From Bdellovibrionales bacterium (lineage in GTDB: Bacteria; Bdellovibrionota; Bdellovibrionia; Bdellovibrionales; UBA1609): DNA of 64,000 nucleotides. Positions 59,001 to 64,000 of this stretch are shown here, in pieces; position 1 is the stretch's first letter; each line of letters starts with the position of its first letter. Below the pieces are notes generated by a model. That model had not been told where the DNA came from. It saw only the letters and a program-made list of their open reading frames with translations, and did not search any database. A program made the translations under genes and the position numbers. The stretch lies in NCBI GenBank assembly GCA_027317865.1, contig DAHVQG010000002.1, forward strand, positions 249,700 through 313,699, given 5' to 3'.

Positions 59001-59872
59001 TTGCCGAAAACAAGCACATATCGATTCAATCTGAAATGAAATTGGATTCTGAGATCGTATGGGGAGACGTCGATCGCCTCAAACAGGTCATTTGGAACTT
59101 ACTGACGAATGCCATAAAATTCTCTCTAGAAGGCGGTCGGATTGAAATTAAAGTCGCCCCTTCTATGGCCAGCGACAAGAAATGCGTTTCAATCAAAATC
59201 ATCGACCATGGTAAAGGGATAAAATCAGATTTTTTACCCAAAATATTTGAACGTTTTTCGCAAGCCGACAGTAGCTCGGTGAGATTTCATGGCGGATTGG
59301 GATTGGGGCTCGCGCTTGCACACGATTTGACTCGCCTCCATCACGGTACCATCACGGCAGAAAGCGAAGGTCCGGGTAAGGGCGCAACTTTTACCGTAAA
59401 TCTACCTGTCAAAGATGTCGCGACACCGGGCACTCGTAAGGGTTCGGTAAAACCGAATGGTGAAGCAGCGGCTTCTCAGCCGATTGACCTCAGCGGACTT
59501 TGCGTGATGATTGTTGAGGACAACCCTGACACGATGAATGCACTCAGTGCGACGCTGATATCTTTCGGAGCGAAGACGATTCGATGTACAAGTGCTCGCG
59601 CCGCTCTAGAATGTTTCACGGATGTGAAACCGGACATCTTGATTAGCGACATCGCGATGCCAGGCGAAGACGGTTACAGTCTTATCCAAAAGATTCGCAA
59701 AATGGGGCCTGATAAAAACGGAAACGTGCCGGCGCTGTCGCTCACCGCCTATGCAAAAGAAACGGACGTTAAACGGGCCATGGCGGCTGGCTTCAATGCC
59801 CATATGGCTAAACCGTTCGATACATTGTCGCTTGCTGCGGCGGTTTTGAAGCTTTCAAAACGACAAAAGTAA
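55979..59872 (+). CDS. CheB-CheR-PAS-histidine kinase-REC hybrid
   Basis: GASAGG (CheB); VTEFFRD, GCSTGEEAYS, CRNVLIY (CheR); NEELQS coil; SHELRTPL; GGLGLGL; C-terminal REC. Confidence 0.93.
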   Translation: MRREICASPKAIMKSKKRNKQQPPTIRTKGRTVGKSTGLFPVVGIGASAGGLEAIRELLQNLPVDTGMAFIIVQHLDPNHESLAPEILSRTTRMPVLEVKNGMRIEPNHIYMIPPNFDMAITHGVLSLLPLQTGTRGQPLVIDLFLQSLALDQKRRAIGVILSGVASDGTQGLRAIKAAGGLTIAQHPQSAKYSGMPKSAISSGFVDLILLPKDIAKELTRISKHPYVTSAYDARSVGEKLPSYANSDNATPAEPTAALQKIFTLLQTLSRVDFSNYKHLTIMRRIQRRMMVRRSKNIDDYAKYLLDHPDEVKTLYADILIHVTEFFRDPKAFKMLQERVFPQLIKNRKSNAPIRIWVPGCSTGEEAYSIAIVMTEFLNGANARYPIQIFATDISEQAIQKARNGFYSLGIETAVSKERIKRFFEKVDGGYKINKAIRDLCLFSRHDVTADPPFSKLDLVSCRNVLIYLANVLQKRVIPAFHYALNPGGFLFLGRSESLSGHTKLFALIDSKFKIYLKENVATPLILRAPGVHVPDHSLIPRTIHKARAGFDYLLDAERVALSRYAPSFVIINSEMEILQFHGRTAPCLEVLTGAPTNSLLKMARKELVYALRSTVRAAKEKNSPARFENLSFTEDGKRRIFNIEVVTVNPTDSPNQRNYVVFFEDASTLPGSVGPGKSQSGKLSEATNVPHHNQRLATTKKLEEELFALQQYQRVLAEQFEAAQEELTSANEELQSANEELQSTNEELETSKEELQSSNEELTTVNDELQNRNAELLILGSDLNNVLNNVEMPIVIVDRDQRIRKFTPRAEKVFNLISGDIGRPLSDIRPNFASDLENMASKAIKSLSSQESEIQLDKNLWMRLQVRPYRTIDDRIDGAVITLVDITALKLNLTESQVALKHATSLSEEAEAANATKDIFLAMLSHELRTPLSSILSWAQLIQQGKVDAANIKIGLQTIERSAKTQGQLIDDLLDVARIQSGKLSINFDDVDPREPVKLAVEAVRSLAENKHISIQSEMKLDSEIVWGDVDRLKQVIWNLLTNAIKFSLEGGRIEIKVAPSMASDKKCVSIKIIDHGKGIKSDFLPKIFERFSQADSSSVRFHGGLGLGLALAHDLTRLHHGTITAESEGPGKGATFTVNLPVKDVATPGTRKGSVKPNGEAAASQPIDLSGLCVMIVEDNPDTMNALSATLISFGAKTIRCTSARAALECFTDVKPDILISDIAMPGEDGYSLIQKIRKMGPDKNGNVPALSLTAYAKETDVKRAMAAGFNAHMAKPFDTLSLAAAVLKLSKRQK

Positions 59873-60001
59873 GCCACACGAATTCAGTATCGCAGTAACA
59901 TTGCGCTGCGTTCCGCGAACTTCTACACGCCCCGCTTGCAATTTCATTGCAAAGGCTTCACATTTGAAAAAAAATTCAGCCCGGTTTTTGGAGGTCATAT
60001 C

Positions 60002-61276
60002 GTGCGTCACTTTGCGTTTTTAGCAATTTTTTTTATTTTTGCCTGGCAAAACCTTTCATTAGGCGAAGAATTAACAACAACGGCCGTAACAGATGCCTCG
60101 ACCGTCGAGTCGAATGCATCGAACACGTCGAGCACCTCAAATACGAACGATAACGGCAAAGAAATGGTGATACATGTGCTGGCGCGCCGACGTTTTATTC
60201 ATAAGAACTATTCAACGAGTAGCGTGACTGTGGATAAATCAGAAATCCAAAAGTTGCCGGGCGGAGACGATCAAACGCTACCGCAGCTCATTACAACGAC
60301 GACTCCGGGGGTGATCGCCGGACCATTCGGTCAAATGTACTTTCGCGGAAATCACGCCAATATTCAGTATGAGCTCGACGGAGTTCAACTGCCGGATTCA
60401 CCCTCGAACACGTTTGGCGAAGCGTTTAGCCCGCGCAATATCGATCACATGGAAGTCATTACCGGTGGTATTCCCGCCGAATTCGGGCAGCGACTCGCCG
60501 CGGTTGTGAATATTGTGACTAAAACCGGCCCCGAAAAACCGGGCGGTACACTTGAACTCAATTATGGCTCTTACAATACGTTTTCGCCGGTTATTGAATA
60601 TGGCGGATCAAACAAAGAGGGCAACATCCATTATTATTTTTCGGCCAACTACACAAGCACCGATCGCGGGCTAGATACACCCGAGCCCAAAACCACAAGT
60701 GATTTTAATCAGGGCGGTACGGACGCGATTCACGACTACTCGCAGGGCAACGAAGAATTCGCGAAAATCGATGACGATCTCGACAACACCAATAAGTTAT
60801 CGCTTGTCATGTTTAACAATTACGACTTTTACCAGATCCCCAATTACCCCTCGCAGTTCAATACTGGGGACCCCATGTTTAGAGCTGGGTTCACCGACCC
60901 GTTCGGAAACACAAATGGCCCAGGTGCGACAGCCTACAATTTTGTTCCGTATAACACCGACGATTGGCAATCTGAGACGAACTCCTACGTACAAGCGGTG
61001 TGGAGACATACGTTCAACGATCATAGTTTTATGTATTTATCTCCGTACTATAAATATTCGGAAATTGTCGTGGGCAACGATCCCACCAATGATTTAGCAA
61101 CGGCCGCCGACGGAACAACACCCATCCCTGGGGCGACCCCATCATCCTTTGCTGAAAACCGCCACGTGAATAACTACGGCCTGAAGGGCGATTTTACTGA
61201 TCGTCCGGACAACTACAATGTGGTGAAATATGGTTTTCAATCTCAATTTTCACAAGCTGCGGGGGACGGCGAATAG
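60002..61276 (+). pseudogene. TonB-dependent receptor, 3'-truncated by an IS
   Basis: GTG after GGAGG; plug motifs PGV, RG, DGV, EVITGGIPAEFG..AAVVNIVTK; only about 425 aa, stop lies inside the IS end. Confidence 0.8.
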
Positions 61277-63240
61277 GAAGTTTTAAGCCCACTTTTGACC
61301 TGATCGCCAAGTATCGAGGTGATACCTGAAGTTTGATTTCACGTGTTTTCGAAGTGGAATGCAATGCTTTTACATTGAATTGTGCGTTTGGCTGACGAAA
61401 TTTGGCGTCTCGATAAGTCATGAGAGCGCGAATTGACATGGTCGGCGCAAAGCTCGCCGTTTCGCCGAGCGAAGTTGTTCAGCGAAGGTCGCTATTTTGG
61501 AGAGATTCTTGGCTGTACCCGAAGATATCGAGCGCGTCGGGTTCGGGCGGTCCCCTGGCTGGCAGAAGTGGTGGCGCTGATGTTTGCAGTCCCAAATGGT
61601 TGAGTATTTTTTTGACGACTTTCGGCTCTTCGATGGCGGCAATGATTCGGGTTTTGCCTGCACACTTTGGGCAAACGGAGATGTCGATGCCAAAGACGCG
61701 CTTCAAAAGTCTCGCCCAGGAGATTCGTTTATTTAGTGATGTCTGCGATCCGGCGTCTTGTGAAATGGCCGCTTCAGCCGACAGCTCCGGCGTCAATGGG
61801 TTTCGCGCCGGTTTTGGCACGATCATTTTTCGAAACTTGTAGTGGGGCCCAAGTACCCCATGAAATCTGGTGAGATGTACGCGTGGGCGTGGGACCAGAG
61901 CCGAAAGCCGCTCCATGAGCTGCATGGGTGTGAGTTTGATGGCCGTTGTGCCGTCGTCCCATGTTTTTTTGAGTTTGTAGATGACGTCCCCTCGTGCGTC
62001 GACTGTGAGTCGTGACTCAGCAACAGCGGGTCTAGCGATATAGCGGCAAATGCGTTCGAGTTTTTGTCGTTCACCGATGCCAGCCGCAACTCCGGCGTGA
62101 AGCGAGAAACCCGACTGTTTTGCTACAAGCCCCGCGCGCGAGTTGTGGTCGCTATCCGGCATGGATTTTAGGACGAGGGCTTTTTTGCCTTTAGCTGGAC
62201 CTGTGGCAAAGCGGTATGTGACAGAAGCCGCTTGAAGGCGCGAGAACGTGTCCTCTTCTGGGATTTCGAGTTGGAATGTGCCGCTGTCGTCTTTGGCGAT
62301 GATATTTTGCCGTTCTAGATAGCGTGTGAGTCGCTTGATGATCTCGGTCAGTACGGTGTCGAGCTCTTTGACTGTTGGAGTGCTTGCGAGCTTATAGCTG
62401 ATAGGCGCGCCGTCTGGGCCCAGTTCGTAGCAGCCATCGATGTAGAGTTGGTGGAAGTGCACGTTAAGGTTGAGGCTCCCGCCAAAGCGCTGAATGAGCG
62501 TGACAGCTCCGGTTTTTGAGCGCGACTTACTGAGGCCGGCTTTTTTGCGGTAGTACTTCGTTATACACGAGTGGGTGATCTCAAGCGCTCGCGCCATGAT
62601 CTTGGGACGCACCGATAGACAGAGCCTGAGCTGAAACGGAAAACTCATGACCCATTGCCGAATTGGCTTTTGTGGCAATACACAGTCCACTAGATGCGCC
62701 GCCGTCTCGCTCATGCGTCTTGCGCCACAGCTTGGGCAAAACCCCCGGCGCTTGCACGAGTACGCGACAAGGTGTTCGAAGTGACATGATTCGCACTGAA
62801 CGCGCAGAAACCCGTGGGCCAAAATTCCACAGCGGAGATACTCTTCGAACTCTTTCACGACGAAATCCGGCAGTGGGTGCCCGGTGTCGCGTATAACTTG
62901 TTCTCGAAACGACAGCCAATTGTTTTGGATGAGTTTGTAAAGTGTCGTCTCTTCGGGCGTGTGGCGCTCGTAAGTGGGAAGGTTTTGGACTGCGACCAGC
63001 GACATGGCCGCTCGTATGTGCAAAACCGTGCACCAAACGCCGCGAGTGGTTGCCTCGCTTCATGGGGATCTCAGCGTCCAGAATCCGCCGCTTATCCGAC
63101 CGGACGAGAGGGGAACTGTTACGAACCGGACGCTGTGTTCTTGGCCGCGTTGCACGCAATCGCGTGTGTTCGCATCCACCGTCCCCACGGTACTGCTCGC
63201 GTCTTGCCCGCGTTCACGGTTGTGCTGCGCCTGTTTGGCA
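61269..63240 (-). mobile_element. ISCR / IS91-family rolling-circle element
   Basis: oriIS-like end (minus strand ...AAAACTTCCTATTCGC, ending near 61269) downstream of the transposase; other end not defined. Confidence 0.7.
61479..63023 (-). CDS. IS91/ISCR-type HUH transposase
   Basis: CGILAHGF...CESC...SCKRRGFCPSCG Zn domain; NVHFH HUH motif; GFSLHA; single-Tyr CRYIARP; RFHGV. Confidence 0.92.
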   Translation of the reverse strand: MHIRAAMSLVAVQNLPTYERHTPEETTLYKLIQNNWLSFREQVIRDTGHPLPDFVVKEFEEYLRCGILAHGFLRVQCESCHFEHLVAYSCKRRGFCPSCGARRMSETAAHLVDCVLPQKPIRQWVMSFPFQLRLCLSVRPKIMARALEITHSCITKYYRKKAGLSKSRSKTGAVTLIQRFGGSLNLNVHFHQLYIDGCYELGPDGAPISYKLASTPTVKELDTVLTEIIKRLTRYLERQNIIAKDDSGTFQLEIPEEDTFSRLQAASVTYRFATGPAKGKKALVLKSMPDSDHNSRAGLVAKQSGFSLHAGVAAGIGERQKLERICRYIARPAVAESRLTVDARGDVIYKLKKTWDDGTTAIKLTPMQLMERLSALVPRPRVHLTRFHGVLGPHYKFRKMIVPKPARNPLTPELSAEAAISQDAGSQTSLNKRISWARLLKRVFGIDISVCPKCAGKTRIIAAIEEPKVVKKILNHLGLQTSAPPLLPARGPPEPDALDIFGYSQESLQNSDLR

Positions 63241-63882
63241 TTACCTTTTGAGCCGAACGTGAGTAACATCGCTAGTGTTTCGATGTTCAGTAACTTTGAA
63301 CCCGAGTTTGCAAAGATCAATACCGGCGAATAAAGCCTCGCCTCGACCTAGAATTACGGGGCTAAATGCAAGATGCATTTCGTCAATAAGACCAGCTGTA
63401 AGGTACTGGCGAATCGTAGAAACGCCGCCACCGATTTTGATATCCTTACCACCGGCAGATTTCCGCGCCTGGTCCAAGGCGGATTCGATACCATCGGTCA
63501 CGAAGTGAAAGGTTGTTCCGCCTTCCATATTTATAGTTTTCCGGGGGTAGTGCGTGAGAACGAATACGGGTCCGTGAAAGGGAGGGCTCGGCCCCCACCA
63601 GCCTTTCCAGTTGTCATCGGACCAATCACCCCGGATGGGGCCGAACATATTACGCCCCATAATCCAGGCTCCAGTGCCTTCGAGTCCCTCGGCAAAGAAG
63701 TCATTGTTTATGCCCGTTTCGCCTCCATCCGTACCCGTCATCGAGTGGAATTTTTTTGTGTTGAAAATCCACTGATGAAGGTTGAGGCCCCCGACGCCGA
63801 GAGGATTATTAATGTCCTGGTTTAGGCCAGCGCCAAATCCATCTAGAGAAACTGAAAACGAGGAGACTTTTACTTTAGACAT
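63241..63882 (-). CDS. Dihydrofolate reductase / RibD C-terminal family protein
   Basis: SVSLDGF, IMGRNMF, FVLTH, GGVSTIRQYL.AGLIDE, PVILG.G..LF. Confidence 0.88.
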   Translation of the reverse strand: MSKVKVSSFSVSLDGFGAGLNQDINNPLGVGGLNLHQWIFNTKKFHSMTGTDGGETGINNDFFAEGLEGTGAWIMGRNMFGPIRGDWSDDNWKGWWGPSPPFHGPVFVLTHYPRKTINMEGGTTFHFVTDGIESALDQARKSAGGKDIKIGGGVSTIRQYLTAGLIDEMHLAFSPVILGRGEALFAGIDLCKLGFKVTEHRNTSDVTHVRLKR

Positions 63883-64000
63883 CGGACTATTCTCCCCTTA
63901 TTTCGACCTAGTTGTAAATCAACCACTTGTTTGAGTGAGATCGCATGGCTGCGAATCTGCCGGGCAGATGGCTATTTTTATTCCGTCGAGCTGTTAGGAT

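Larger units (their letters stand above)
20795..64000. mobile_element. Integrative conjugative element / genomic island inserted at the tmRNA 3' end (right boundary not seen)
   Basis: Integrase abuts and overlaps the tmRNA end; relaxase, coupling ATPase, T4SS genes and cargo follow; no second tmRNA 3' fragment noticed in the window. Confidence 0.8.

Noticed and set aside
1-64000. CRISPR arrays, rRNA and tRNA genes
   Set aside because: None seen; the only tRNA-like arm belongs to the tmRNA.

Overview
The window has two parts. (1) About 1-20.8 kb is housekeeping DNA: menD (partial), menF, a DAHP synthase, menG/ubiE, an aroB-aroA-[aroK-aroD-aroE fusion]-aroC operon, dppA, ung, dapF and others, ending at a tmRNA gene (20442-20794, tag GNTNFQLAA). 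The host is probably a Bdellovibrionota-like diderm; this is an inference from protein style, not established. (2) From the tmRNA 3' end onward is a large integrative, apparently conjugative element whose right end is not visible. It encodes a large serine integrase that reads antisense into the tmRNA, a Replic_Relax-type relaxase, an FtsK-like coupling ATPase, VirB2/3/4/5/6/8/9/10-like genes headed by a TraR/DksA gene, beta-helix surface proteins, a teneurin-like RHS toxin with a candidate immunity gene, signalling genes, and an ISCR/IS91-type element that truncates a TonB receptor. The most interesting feature is a five-gene operon (46765 to 41127, minus strand): stand-alone YcaO, 49-aa precursor-like peptide, orphan peptide-binding protein, histidine kinase, sigma54 response regulator. 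This operon and the conjugation operon each have a sigma54-type -24/-12 element preceded by two copies of the same 18-bp palindrome (TGGACGTA-NN-TACGTCCA). I infer a RiPP-pheromone quorum-sensing circuit that autoinduces and switches on ICE transfer. All family assignments come from reading motifs by eye; no searches were run.
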